From Minutocellus sp. GHC0000111 (Eukaryota): a stretch of 64,000 nucleotides of DNA. The position numbers and the translations under genes were made by a program. This document shows, in pieces, positions 1 through 12,849 of the stretch; the first letter of the stretch is position 1, and the number at the start of each line of letters is the position of its first letter. The notes under the pieces are model-generated. The model saw only the letters and a program-made list of their open reading frames with translations, ran no database searches and had not been told where the DNA came from. Location of the stretch: NCBI GenBank assembly GCA_977018835.1, contig OZ361261.1:744001-808000 (forward strand). Direction: 5' to 3'.

Positions 1-2656
1 CAAGATGTGCCGATTTCTCAAATTCAAATTGCTCGGCGCAATTCGTCATCCAATAACGCCGATGCCAGCCCTGAGCCGACGGTCGAGGACAATGCTGGTA
101 TCGCTGCTCGTCCTGGTGATGATAATATCGAAGCTGGGGGCATCGCCGAGTCCATGGTGGTGGATGGAAGCGGCAACAGTGAAGAATCTGGCAATCCTGC
201 CAGTGTCGGTGTTTCTGCTACCGGCACCGCCAATTCTGGTGGATCGACCGAGGAGAATTTGGATGTGCTGCTGGTTGAGGCCGAAGCGCAATACAAAGCT
301 GCAGAGGAGGCTTTGAAAGGGCTAAGGGATGCCTTGAAACGAGAAAAGCGGAAGGATGAAAAGGCCATGGCCGATGCCGAGAAGAAAAGGAACAAAATGA
401 AGGAGGCGATGCGTCATTTGGAGCAGAGGGTGCAAATGCGTGAACATCTTCGGTCGCACAGGATGCCGACGGATGCACCACCCGAACGCAAGAAAGCAAT
501 GAGAATGGAAGACAACATGCGACCTGCCATCAGCACTGGGGAACATGTCCTTGTGTCTGCCGACTTCAGTCCCAACATGAGTCGGCCTGAGGGCAAGGGA
601 TTTGTTATGGTCAGTTGAGGTGTCGGTGGAGGTGCTCTTTGCGATGTCCAGCATGAGAAGCCTTTTGGTGGCATGATGCATAAGAATGTGCCTCTCAAGG
701 CCATCACCCCGATCCCACTCGGCCTCAACACCGATTCAATTGCCAAGGACAGGCGCAAACGGACAGCAGCTGCTCAGGCGGGGATGGATAGTGTTGACAG
801 CGCCGGTGCCAATAAGCGCAAAGAGCGATGGCAGTCCGATGGAGACTCTTGTCGGAAAGCTTTTGCATGGCATGCGATGCAGGAAGAAGGATGGATATCT
901 TCGAAAGGAGGCGAATCGAGCAACCAAAGGCAAGAAGGGATTGAAAGACGAGGAGAAGAGCATGCTTTTTGCCCAGGGATTGCTTCTGGAAGTGCATTTG
1001 AAGAGCACCGGAGGGACGCAGCACTCAAGTAGGAACAGTTCATCGCAGAAGTTTCAGTCGGATGGGAGGGTCACTATTCGTGAGCTCTGCAGAGCGTGGG
1101 GGAAGGGTAAGAATGGGCTGCGAGACATCCAGAACGAGTCTCGGAAGAATGCCATTGCCCGGGGCATACCAGCAGATCAGGCCGAGCTTGCATTTGTCAC
1201 CCCCGCTCCCAAGGATTCGTCGGTTCGGCCAAAGTCTACCATTGACAATTACAAGACGGCTGAGCAGTACTTTACTGCTAAGCGCCTGTATGCAATCAAC
1301 AAGTGCAGAGAGGCAAAGGAAGACTGCTATGATTCTGTATCGAAGGAGGCTGACAATGAGTTGCTCAAAACGTACCTGACCGAGTACGACACCATCAGCG
1401 ACGATGACAAGCAGCTGTGGGAGCTGAAGAGGCGGGAGCACTTGGCAAGGCAGCCGTACATACAGAACGACATTGTTGCGGCCCTTTCCAGCAATCCTCA
1501 GCGATCGTTCCGTGGTTTGGAGCAGGACATTGGTCTGTGGTGCTCGCACAAGACGATTGAGCGGTGGCTCAAGTCATTCGACACCTTCACTTTCTACAAG
1601 GAGCGGCTGGTACCGCGCCTGTCGGAGGCTCAAAAAGCTAAGCATCTGGCCTTTGCTCAGCTCGTGCGGAATTTCTGGAACATTCGGGATGAGAACGGCA
1701 ATTTACCGAATGGAAAGAAGCGAGTTCTCCTCGTGCATTACGATGAGAAATGGTTCTGGGGTCTCGTCCTCCGAGCTTTTGCGATGGCTTGCGAGGAAAT
1801 CGGCGTGAAAAAGCGAGATTACGCGGCCTTTCACAGGAGCCACATCAACAAGGTCATGGCCATTGCATTTGTTGCCGCTGTCTTTGACGGTTCTCTTGAG
1901 AATTGGTGTGAGGTTGTAAAACTGCCACTGGTACGAGCTCAAGCTCCTAAAATTGTGGAGCGAGCTCAGTACGAAGCAGTAACACAGCCTGATGGTTCAA
2001 TACGGTACCCAAATACCAACCCCGATGGGACACCAAAGGAACCTCTTCGCCGGAAAGGAGAGTCGTTTCTTGTTGATTGTTGCGTTACTGGATCGAACGA
2101 AGCTACCAAAAAGGATCCGAAATGCTCTTTGCTCCTCGTATTCAAGGAGACTATTTTCCCAGCGATTCTCAACCTTGTCGGTCCGGGCAAGCAATACGAA
2201 GATTGCCATGTTATTATCCAGGAGGGCGACCAGGCCGGGCCTCACGAGGACGGAACCTTCACGCAATTTGTTACTAACTTCTGTGCTGAGCAAGGCTGGA
2301 CGTGGCAGCCACAGGCACCGCAGATGCCTCACGCCAACGTCCTTGACTTGAGCGTGTTCCCCGCGATGAGCCGGCGGCACTCGGAATGGGCACGAAAAAT
2401 GGTAGGCACCTCCGTCATTTCCACAGACCAGATCTGGGACACTGCCGAGGACGTTTACGATAGCATGCCTAACTGCAAAATTGCTTCGGCCTTCATTCAG
2501 TGCTGGAGGATAATGGGCCTGGTGATTAAGGCTGGTGGTAGCAATGAGTTTGTTGGAAGGTTGGGTGACGAAAACTTGCACACTGGAATTAGGATCGACT
2601 TCAACGAAACGGCCAAGGGGATGGAGCCCTCAGCTCGTCATCCTTCTAATAAATAG
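1..2656 (+). mobile_element. Tc1/mariner-superfamily (IS630-like) DDD transposase, disrupted; 5' end lies outside the window
   Basis: Motifs LVHYDEKWF, IIQEGDQAGPH and QPQAPQMPHANVLDLSVF resemble mariner-like DEKWF / QQDNAxPH / QPPNSPDLNxLD, with 38 residues between the 2nd and 3rd Asp. The N-terminal frame is open from base 1, interrupted by TGA 616-618, resumes in the same frame (673..1032 ORF), then shifts into the 686..2656 frame near 820-840. Confidence 0.8.
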
Positions 2657-2751
2657 ATAGTATTAATATCTTTACACATGTATTAAATAAATGTTACACG
2701 TCTACAAATTATTTATAGATTTTCATGTAAGATGCAGCAGCATTGGTTTGT

Positions 2752-3907
2752 TTACATCACGGTGGGCTTCTTTGTTCTTCTATTTCTACCGGTATTCTTT
2801 TTTGCCTCCTTGGCCTTCTTATGATCATTAGAAAGCCACACAGCGTGGAGGGACTGACGAATCTTTCCGCGCTTCACACCATGTGCATCGGCAAGTTTAT
2901 TGTCAGTGAGGGCAGGGTGAGCAGTTGGTTGTTTACTCCCGTCCCATCCTCATATCCCAACTTATATGCATCTAATGCAATCTTGTCAGTAGATAATGCA
3001 ATAGAGAATTCTATTGTCTTGTTATCATACAATCCGAGTTCTCTGCTTCTCCACCCTTTCGGGTAGGCACCACGACCCTCTCTTACTTGGCGATCGACTT
3101 CGATCATGCCTAGCACTGTGGTGACCGCGACCTCGCTACCCCAGCCAGGAACTTGTTTGAAGGGGAGGTAGACCCCTTTCTCTTTTCTTCTTGGTTCGGG
3201 CCTCTGACTACATGTGGGTGACTTGTAGTTCTTTATGTCTTGTGGTAGTGGTGCTTCTCCGGACGTCAAAAAGCACGCAAGCCTCCGATGTTCGTTCCTC
3301 ACAACCTCTCGTTCAATCTGTCGTTCGGTTGGTTCGGTTGGAGGCAAGGGCTCCAAGATGGTAGGGGATGACAATTGAAGGTTGCTGAACGACGGGCATG
3401 AGCGGCTTGGGGTAAGAGCATACTGAGTATGAACTGACATTGGACTTGTTACCATGCGCGTGGCGGAGGGAAGGTCGAATGAGCTCACGGGCTTTCTCCT
3501 CTCGCCGCTTGGCTTTGCGTCGGCGGTTGCTATGCTCATCTCTGAGAATGAATCATCTTCATCAGAATGAGATGAAACAGTAGCGGTACCGCGAAAGTCG
3601 GCACGCAATATGTCATGATGCAAGTACTTCCTTGCTTGGGCTTGTTCGGCGGCGAAGCCATCCTCTTCGTTCGTTGTACTCGCGTCGATATTTCAACACA
3701 CGAGGAGATGTGAGGTCTGACGATGCCGGTGGGACCCCTTGGTTGTCCTCCTCGTCATCGTTGTCCTTGTTCTCTCGATACCGCGGATGTTCCGGCGTTT
3801 CGTTGGAAGTTTCCTTCTCATGGCGCGAGGGGCTGCTGAATGCAGTCGCCTCGGCGCGTTTCGGTGGACGCGGTGGACTGAAGATGTGTCCCTTTGGAGT
3901 ATCCATG
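2752..3907 (-). pseudogene. Degenerate ORF convergent with the transposase, unknown function; probably part of the element
   Basis: ATG at 3907 (MDTPKGHIF...), frame switch near 3620 into the 2874..3623 ORF, and a probable second switch near 2945 to a frame reading GWDGSKQPTAHPALTDNKLADAHGVKRGKIRQSL..., with TAA at 2752-2754. An AT-rich spacer of about 95 nt separates it from the transposase stop. Confidence 0.4.
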
Positions 3908-4480
3908 AGTATGGAAGCTTCTTGAAGCGCCAGTCGGCAGAAGTTGCCCAGTCTATTTGTGGTAATTGCTTGGAGGTCGGTTGTTGACGGATGTGTTTTG
4001 ATTTGCTTGCTTTGCCGCGTGTTTTTCAAGGTGCGCGCAAACCGCCGTGTCGGAAAGTCCAAAGACCCAAAAAACCGGGTCCCCGAAATTGCTGTCCCGG
4101 ACCTCGTACCTAGGTACGTAAGCGCTGCAGCGCGCGAACCGAAAAATTTCGCTCTGACAAGGGACCTGTGCGCTGATTCCACTCTTTGATACAGCAGAAT
4201 AGAACGGGTGCGCCGTTACTGACCAAACACCTATTCCCACTCACACGGAGCGCCGCTCATAGCGACAAGATTGCAACAACTTCATTAACATCGCAGCAGC
4301 GCCTTCCTTATTATTACTGATTTTTGGAGCAGCGTGGAGGATGAATCTCTTCTCTGTGCTTTGCTGCTGCTGATTTCTTAATTTTTGGCGACCTGAACTT
4401 CATCCTAATTGCCATCCGCTTCACGCTCAGCGTCCACGTTCCGTAGCTTCTCTGATTATCGATATGGCAACATCCCACCC

Positions 4481-5736
4481 ATGATGGAAGTGGAGAAGTC
4501 TCCTGACGCCCAGGGCGATCAAAAGCTGATCTCGACCCAGCAAAGGCTCCCCTCAACAGTCTTGGGGGCACCGTCTTCGATCACTTGCCATACTCAGATG
4601 CTCGCAGAGCACTTCAGACAGGCAAAGAGTTTTTGATGACAGTAGCTCCAAATGTTCAGACTCTGAACATAATGAAGCCAAACGAAACGGACATTATCGC
4701 TGCCCGCCGCTTCCCAAATGTCGAAAAGGTTAATATCTTATGTCTGTTTGACTGCGAAGACAACGGTCCGGACGCTCCGATGGCTACGACTCTTACTCTG
4801 AAGCCAAACGTTGTCAGTCGTATCGTTCCATTCCTTATTTCCGTCCCCAAACTGAAACAAGTTTCAATTGGGGGGTTTATATTTGGTTGTCCAGGGGGCG
4901 GTAGAGGCTTTCGCGAGTATAGACCAAATGTAGAAGGGTTAACAGACAGCAAAAATGAAGAAGCTATCATTGCCCTCATGCGTGCTTTCGCCGGAGCGTT
5001 TGCGACCCGAGCATTGAATCAAACCTTGATAATAAAAGGATTCGAATCATTTCCCTGGATACTAGATGAGTACGATTCTGACATGGATTCTATCCGAAGA
5101 AAAGCGTTGCCAGTGTTTGAAGAAGTCTGCGCAACATTTCCCTTCTACTATGTCCTACGATGCACTGTCTGTGCGCAGGTCCATGAACTATTCGATTTCG
5201 ATGTATACTCTCACGTGCGCCGCCGTGATACGAATATGTCAGTCGGTGAATGGTGCTGTCGGGCATGGCAGTTCGCGTCCTTGATTAACAATGGTATAGT
5301 TCAAAATGGTGTCAACTCTGCAGAAAATAAAGAGGAAAGGAGAGAGATAGAAGACATTTGTGCGAAAACCCAGAAGAGTATATCTCTGCATTATGAAGAC
5401 TGGCTTTCGATGAGTGCTAAAGAATTCGACAGAATGGAAAAATTCATTCACAAGTACTTTCCAAAGCCAGGCGAATTTTTAACCCATGCTGACTTGATGT
5501 ATTTCATCTTTGATGTTCGAGAGGTTGACTACCATGGAAGGTTGGAAAGGCGTTCAGATAATTATTGTTACCTTCTTGCATCGACCTTTGACCGACTCCC
5601 TTCCATGGGCATTCCAATCAGACGGAACGACCCTAGACTTGTCATTCTAGACGATAATAACTACCCGCTATTGCGCAATATAGCGCCTCCTGATGATGGT
5701 CGTCGGCGTGGTGGTGGTGGCAGGTCTACTAACTAG
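4481..5736 (+). CDS. Hypothetical protein with F-box-like N-terminus; frameshift at a G5 run
   Basis: The ATG 4481 frame gives ...QRLPSTVLG and the 4585 frame gives TVFDHLPYSDARRAL...; joining them across GGGGG (4564-4568) gives an F-box-like LPxxVLGxVFDHLPYSD segment. Confidence 0.55.
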
Positions 5737-6344
5737 TATGGAAATTGATGAAGTATAAAGACATGGTCAGAGATTAAGCAAAGAAACCACGGGAAGCATC
5801 GAGGAAACCAAAACAAATACATGTACCTAGCTACGTAGGTACTGGTAGAAATGACAAATGCACGCAGCGCGAATGAGAACAGAGGCAAAAATAAGAAAAA
5901 GAAAAGAAATAGATCCTCTCGAGAGAATCAAGCAAAGAAACCAACACAAAACGGAACAAGCTACGTATGAAGAAACGACTAACGATACGACACAGACAGG
6001 TAGAGCTTGAATAGCAGGCTACTACCGGTATCTCTAGACTTTGCAGTAGAGTAGATGTAGAAATCAAACCACAGTATACAAAGATAAATGTTTGTAAAGT
6101 TCCTGAACCTTTGTTTTATCTTAACACCCTTGATGTACATCAATATTTTCTGTCTCTTGGCCGCGACGATCCATCGCGATAGTTTGGCATGTGTGCACAC
6201 TTGGTACCGAAAGCCTTCATTCATACTGATACTCTTGATAAAGACACGATTCTCCGGAACAGCTTCTTTCGCCGCCATTGCCCGACTGCTTAAAACATGG
6301 ACTGACGACTTTACGATAAACGATTGTCAGTTGCTACGAGGTGC

Positions 6345-8131
6345 TCAAACTCCGCACATCCTCTTGGCGACGAAGGCAAGTCCAGCGATGCACCAAAGGG
6401 TGAAGGAGATGGCACCGAGGGCAAGGGCAGCGGTGAGCTTCTGAGCATCATTGTCGGTGTAAGTGGCGGGAGAGGCGAAGGTGGCAGTGTTGGCGGGGGC
6501 GGCAGCCTCACCAGAGATCTTGGCCTCGAGCTCGGCGATCTTGGCCATGGCCTTCTCGAGATCGCTCTCTTGGCTGTAGCGCTGGTACTCGGCGTAGCTG
6601 CGGCGCTTGTGGCTAATGACATAAGTGCCCTGGCCCTCTCCGGGGATGGTGTCCTCCTCGACAGTCCACTCGGGAGCGGCGGGGTCGACCTGGAGCATCT
6701 CAATGCCCTCGAGGGCAATCTTGCGGACCGAGTTGGGGACACGGGTGAAGCCGAAGATGCTGCACTGCTCAATGGCCTTGGGATCGTAGAGGTTCTTGAG
6801 GAAGGCAACGAGGAGGGACTGCTGCTCGGGGGTTTCCATGAAGGAGAGGTCCTTGCGGGCGTAGATGTAGGACATGGCAACGATGGGCCAGGTGAATTCG
6901 CCGGGCTTGTTGAGAAGGTCGACGGATCCGAAGTCGGCGTCGGCGCTGTCGGGGATGGCAGCGGCGGCGGCGCCGATGCCGCCCTTCTCGGCGGCCCTGC
7001 GGCTGGAGAGGTAGGTGCCGTGGACGTTCTGGAGCTCGATCTCCTTGAGGCCCTCGGAATGGCCGTGGCCGGCATCGATGTAGCCGATGGCGCCGGGGAT
7101 TTCCTTGAGGCACTTGGTCATGCCGCCAGAGCCCTCGCATTCCTCGGATCCCTCGGGCCAGTCGATGGTCTTGCCAACGAGGGAGGAGGGCCACTCAGAG
7201 GGACAGGCGGTGTGGAGGTACTGCGAGGAGGCATAGAAAAGGGAGGAAGGGCATATTTGTACAAAGTGAGTAAGTGGGAGCAAATGCACTATGTATGTGC
7301 CAATCGTCAAATGAAAGTCCCCAGCCAATCTTGTCAAATGCAAATAAAAAAATGCGAACTGGCAAGTCACCAATTCATTTATTTCATGGCTGTACTTTTC
7401 CCGTCACTTTAGTGCCGAGCCAGATCGATACAATCGTGCCCAACTATGCATGTGCTCCGGATCTTTGTCACAACGCGAGGGGGGCATAACAGAAATCGCC
7501 AGCAAAATCAATGACAATCAAACAAAACAAATTACGTTGGGCTCTCGCTTACCTGAGTCACACTGGCGGTAGAGGACGATCCGTGAACACGGCGGGAGAC
7601 GGTGATGGGGTAGTCGTCGTAGGGGAGGGCCTTCTTGAGGTTGGGGTTCATCTCGAGGACGCGGTCGTCGTCCCAGAACTTGATCTCGCGCTTGAAGATC
7701 TGGGACAGGACGCAGCTGGTCAGGTTGAGGCCGGAGGGTCCGTCGGGGACGCCGGGGATGTTGTGGAAGATGGAGATGGCACCGAGGACGAAGGGGAGGT
7801 GGACCATCTCCTTGCCAGCGTCGGTGAAGGCCTTGTAGTTGGAGGACGAGACGGGGATGTCGCCGGAGCCGAAGTCGTTGTGGGGGACGTAGGCGTTGGT
7901 TCCGGTGTTGTTGACGCCGAGGAACTCCTTCTGGCCGGTGGACGAGCCGACGGCACGGTACGTGAGGCGGACGGGCTCCTTTGTGCGATCCATGAACTGG
8001 TCCATCAACATCCAGATGCACTTGGAGGGGTTCGTGGTTCCGGAACCATGGATGTCCAGAACCTCTCCGGCGGAGGAGATGGTGCTGCCACCGAGGACGG
8101 CGGCGAAGGCGGCGGCGATCAGGTACTTCAT
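6345..8131 (-). CDS. pstS: PstS-like phosphate-binding protein (PBP fold) with signal peptide and C-terminal TM anchor; 2 exons
   Basis: Exons 8131-7553 and 7220-6345, phase-0 intron 7552-7221 (GTAAG...CGCAG), 484 aa. PstS-type motifs HGSGTT, YRAVGSSTG, DFGSGD, RVHGSSST, GAIGYID, WPIVAMSY. Strongly GC-ending codons. Confidence 0.85.
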
Positions 8132-8303
8132 TGTTGTTCCTATTCGGATCTTTTTGTGAGGGTGCAGAGGCGGCAGAGCTCCGATTTCACTGGGTTATGA
8201 GCTTAAAACTTCCGTTCAAGGCACTCCTCCTTCTTATCATTTCACCATAAAAGAGCCTAAACAAAAAATTAGGAGTAAAGAATTTCCGGGTTCTGCGCTG
8301 CTT

Positions 8304-8330
8304 CGACGCGACGCGACGCGACGCGCGACG
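8304..8330. repeat. (CGACG)n microsatellite in the divergent promoter region
   Basis: cgacgcgacgcgacgcgacgcgcgacg. Confidence 0.7.
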
Positions 8331-8458
8331 GGCGGAGGCTGGACGGCCATTTTTTCCCCACCCATCCACCATTTCTCTCAATTCTTCTTCTCTACGTCGC
8401 TAGCTACGTAGTTGGATTAGATAAGATAGTCGATGCACACTGCTTGTAAACACTGCTG

Positions 8459-10397
8459 ATGGGCCACGACACGATGATATCCTCAGGTAGAAATCAACTG
8501 CTTGCCTTCGGAGTTGCTTTGGCTACATTCCTGGCGATCGTTCACCCCGTTGCCTCCTTCGTCACTCCATCAACATCTCGACACATCTCACATGCGTCCC
8601 ATCTCTCTGATGATCGTTACAGTCATCCCCTCGTCTTGTCCAGCGCAGCCACCCCCGACACATGGAATGCGCCGCCCTACTGCCTGCCCAGGCGGTTCAA
8701 GTGAAGCTGGGAGAAATGTCCCAGGCGCGCAAGGCGTGGAAGAAACGTCGTCGGTCGGGATCGCCTCTCCTCATTCCCGTGGAAATTCTCGGTCTGGACC
8801 GGACCAGCCTCGTCCGCAACAATGTCTTGGCCATTCTCCTCAAGTATGGCAACCCCATCACCAACAAGAGTGCCGGCGGATTGTCCGCGGACGAAAATTT
8901 GCCCCGAAATGGCGTTTGTCTGTCGGTTTCTAGGCTCTGCAAGCTGATGGAGAGAGACTATGGCACCAACCTTAACGACAATGCACATGTTCTTGGTTTT
9001 GACGGCGTTGGAGATATGCTCATTTCGCTATTTGGTGATGATGATGGAGGTAGTGCTCAGGACACCAACACCAGCAAAAGCAACGCCTATGGCGTCAAGG
9101 TGATCAAGGGGCAAGATAATTTGCTATTGGTGTCCAAACTGACAAAGAGACAGGCCAGAGAGGAGGTATCCAAGGTATGCCTCGCTCACGTTGACTCATT
9201 ATCAGCCAATGATGAAACCACAGATGAAGCATCCTTTGCATCTCATCTCGGAACAGCCAAGGTCCGCCAGGACCGAGGACCACCGCCAACATTTACTACG
9301 GTGCCTCTTGCAGCTGCTGTGCGAGTGAAGCAAGAGGATGTCGAAGAGGGAAGAGTTCAATCGAATGATTTGGCAAACGCATTCGTATTTTCTTTCGAAC
9401 AGCCTCAGTCTTCCGAAGACAACGAAGGGTCGTCTCCCCTCTTGACTCTTGCCCTTCATCCTCCACCGAGACGCGTTGCTAACAACAAACGCAATCAGCG
9501 TCGTCAGGAGACACCAACAAACGCAGAGGAAAATATTTCAAGAGAATTGAAGAGTCTCAAGGTCGGAGAGGGACCATTGACAGGAACCGTGGTTGCTGTA
9601 TCACCTCGGGCTGGCGCCGCCTTCGTTGATGTCGGAGTAGGACGAGAGCGAAGCAAGAGACTTGGCGGAGGTACAACTCGTGTCTTGGGCATGTTGAGAT
9701 TCGAAGATTTTCCACCCTCGTCTACCATGTCTGGTGCTACTGTTGGTGATGAACAAGAGGAGGAAAGTATAACGATTGAAGACTTGGCAATTGAAGATTT
9801 TGAAGCTGAATGGGACGAGGCAAGTAAGATGTCTGTTGAAGATGACGTTCAGTATGATGGTGAGGCTTTTGATGAAGACGATGATTTTGCTGGTCTAAGC
9901 CCGGAAGAGCGTCTGAGAGAAATTGGAATAATGTTGGACGAAGAAGAGGCATCGCCTGGGCCGGCACCGGGTGGCAGCAGTAGCCTCCGCCCGGGAGACT
10001 CTATCGAGGTATTTATCAAGGCCATCAGTCGCCAAAGCGGTAGATTTATGGTAACAGGCGATCCCTCTATCAAGGGCAAGAAGGCCAAGGATGTGAAGAT
10101 GGAAAAGAATGCACAAAGAGGATGGATAAGCTCGCCAAATCACTGGGAGGGGAGGATGGCCTTGCGGATTTGTTGTCTTCCGTTGGCCTGGAATTCACCG
10201 GAGTTGTGAAGGCAACGTCCAAATCGAATGCCGGTGCTTGCTACTATGTCCAGCCCGTGGATAGTGACCTGCCAGTAGGCATCGCCAACTGTGATGGGCA
10301 AGAAGGTGTCATGTCACTCTCACCGGGAGACGAGGTTCAGATACGTCTCGAGGGTGTCGACGAAACGAGGGGGCAAATTTCATTCACCGTGTTGTAA
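8459..10397 (+). CDS. Putative plastid-targeted S1-like RNA-binding domain protein; two apparent 1-nt deletions
   Basis: Signal peptide ending VAS-FVTP. S1/OB-like segments LKVGEGPLTGTVVAVS...AFVDVG, LRPGDSIEVFIKAIS and LSPGDEVQIRLEGVDETRGQISF. The three ORFs (8459.., 8662.., 10122..) join if one base is restored near 8670 and one A near 10116 (NAQKRMDKLAK). Confidence 0.65.
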
Positions 10398-10446
10398 ATT
10401 TAAAACCAGCGCTATCGTCTAAAAGTCTCAGTTATAATAGTGCTTT

Positions 10447-12849
10447 TTAATCTAGGGCCAAGCTGCTAATAGGATTCTGTTCTTGCGCAAAGGACTGAAG
10501 TCCTACCGCGACGCCAACCGCTCTAACAGGATCAGCCCCTCGTCCCTCCCCAGTTGAACTGCTGTCAGTAATGGACGAGGACGGACGAAGGGAGGGATCC
10601 CAAGATGCTCCAGCGTATCGCTGATTCCAAAATCCATCTGTATTTGTGAAGCGATCCGGCTGAATCCCTCGTACCGTAACACCGTTCACACCACCCCAAC
10701 TAAGGCCAAGATTGTATACGTGGCTGTTGTTATTGACGTGGTTGACAATAAAGTCAATGGCAGCGTCGTCAATGGCGAACTCCTGACAGTACAAACCAAT
10801 AGAAAGATCGAAATGGTCCCGATAGTCCTGAATTGTGCTCGGCGATCGTTGCCCACCAACGTTAGACAGAAGCTGATCTCTCTCGGCCTCAAACTCATCG
10901 TTATTGCCAAGACCGCCCCCATCGTTATCGACAGAGCCACCACCTCCTCCTTGCTGTGGACGAATCCGAGCATATGGCTGCAAACAGTAATCTCTCTTGA
11001 ACTTTTCGCAGTCAAAATAGAGGAATTCATACATGGAATCTTTTGCCTGAACAGGACCAAGTAGATCGATATCTTTCTTGTGCCAAAGCAAACTACCTGC
11101 ATTGAAAAATACTTTATCACCTCTCTTGAGAAGGCCCTTGTAGCATGCTTGCTGTACATCGCCAGCGGAGTGGAAGAAATAAATTTCATTACACGGCGAA
11201 GAGCAATAATTTGATATGTCTCGAATCTCGGAAATGGTAAAGGAGGCAATCCCTTCTACTCGTGCCCCGGCGTCTCGAAGTGCATCGACAACCAGGGCCC
11301 ATACTCGGTGGGACACATGACGAGATTTGATATCAAGTACAAGACCAAGTGGTGCGTTGCATCTGGTGATCTCCTTGAGAAGCGAAATGGATTCCACAAT
11401 GGTAGTCTCGGGGACGCTGCTCATTGCAAGCGCGTTGAGAGACTTATGATTGGAGGCTGGTGCCGGTGTTGTCGAACGACTTGGCGTTCGGCGGTGCCGT
11501 TTTTTTCTTGGAGATGTTGATGGTGTCCTTGGCGGAATGCCACCCTTGTCCGAAGGTTTGCTCATGTCTCGACTCAGCTTTCGCCTCCTACGGAAGCTAG
11601 CATCGTTGCCACTTGCCATGGTGGAAGCATCGGCTGACGGACCAGTCTCAAGTGGTGGAACATCTGGAGCATCATTTTGAGAGAAAGAGTTGTACGTCGT
11701 TGGGCTCGATGGTGGGCTTCGACGCAATTCATTCTCATGGCTTCCGCACCCACTACTCTGTAAACTTCCCTTTCTATTCACCAAAGGTGGCGTTCGAGCA
11801 GTTCCATCAACGTTTGCTGGTGCAAGCAATGGCGTGTCCTCTACTTCTGCCGTAGTGACTTCGGCGGATGTCGGGTCATCCTCATCGGGTGGTGTCCGAC
11901 GATAGAAGGCACATCGGAGCATTCCGCCATCGCACCCCCCATCACCACCCTCGGCATCCGGCACGCGTCTCAAGAGCAGCCACGTCAAGAACCAAAATGC
12001 TATGGAATATCCCCCGGCCGTGTAAAGTATGTGGCCCAAAATATCACTGAACAGGTGCGACCAACCAAAGACGTTTTCCTCCAGAGCCAGCCGGACGGGG
12101 AGAGGGACGAGATCGTCGTACGCATGTCCGTCAATCTCGTCTTCGAGAAAGTCAAATGCCTCCATGAGCGGATCCACCGAATCTTCCTCGTCTTCGTCGC
12201 CTTCATCGACCGTGGGGAAGAAGGTGATGCGACGGTAGGACGGTGAGGCGGCAAGGCCGGTCAAGGTCGGCCGTGCCTGTTGGTACAGGGCAGGAGAATT
12301 CCCGGCGCTCATTGTGCCGCCTACGTCCGACTCTGATTCGTCGTAGCTCAATGTACCCCCAATCTTCATTGGCGACCCATCTCATGACGATAACCGGCGT
12401 CTGTGGCCAGGTGCTATCGGCGGCAGAGTAGATTCGTGGGGGGTTGCAATTGCGGAGGTCGATTCTTCCTCCTCAACACTTCCGGACCTGGAACTCATTT
12501 CTATTTCAACCGGGACAGACCCGCCCGACCCAACACCAATACTTCTCACGCGGAACATCTTGGACCTTATGCTGGCCTCGTGGATGCCATCGGGATCCCG
12601 TTTGGCGACGATGGGCCTGGCCATGACCATGCTTGCCGAACCACCAGTAGTTGTTCTCGTGTCATGCGGAGTTGACGTGCTGATGATGTCGTTTTTCGGG
12701 CCAGAGTCGTAATCTGTCCGATTTCGCAGATGCGCGTTCTGGTCGGAACTTTCGGCCGAAGTCCCGCCGCTCCCGGTCACCTCTCCACGCTCGCAGGAGC
12801 TCATTATGGAGCTGCCTTGTTTGTGTTCGCTACCGCTTGCTTGGACCAT
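10447..12849 (-). CDS. Hypothetical membrane protein with a C-terminal domain weakly resembling the GDPD/PLC-like TIM barrel; in-frame TGA at 12382-12384
   Basis: ORFs 12382..12849 and 10447..12369 are in the same frame, separated by RRLSS*DGSP. Hydrophobic segment YSIAFWFLTWLLL; C-terminal PLGLVLDIKSRH...VEGIASF. The true start is uncertain. Confidence 0.5.

Noticed and set aside
4170..4200. Transposon right terminal inverted repeat
   Set aside because: The left end is outside the window and no flanking TA is evident, so the boundary cannot be assigned.
6311..8200. Overlapping ORFs 6324..7412, 6311..7075 and 7511..8200
   Set aside because: Alternative-frame or antisense shadows of the high-GC3 pstS-like gene.
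616..12384. Alternative genetic code (TGA read as Trp) suggested by in-frame TGAs
   Set aside because: TGA serves as a normal stop in intact genes (PrimPol, KCS, the AP2 protein) and Trp is encoded by TGG throughout.
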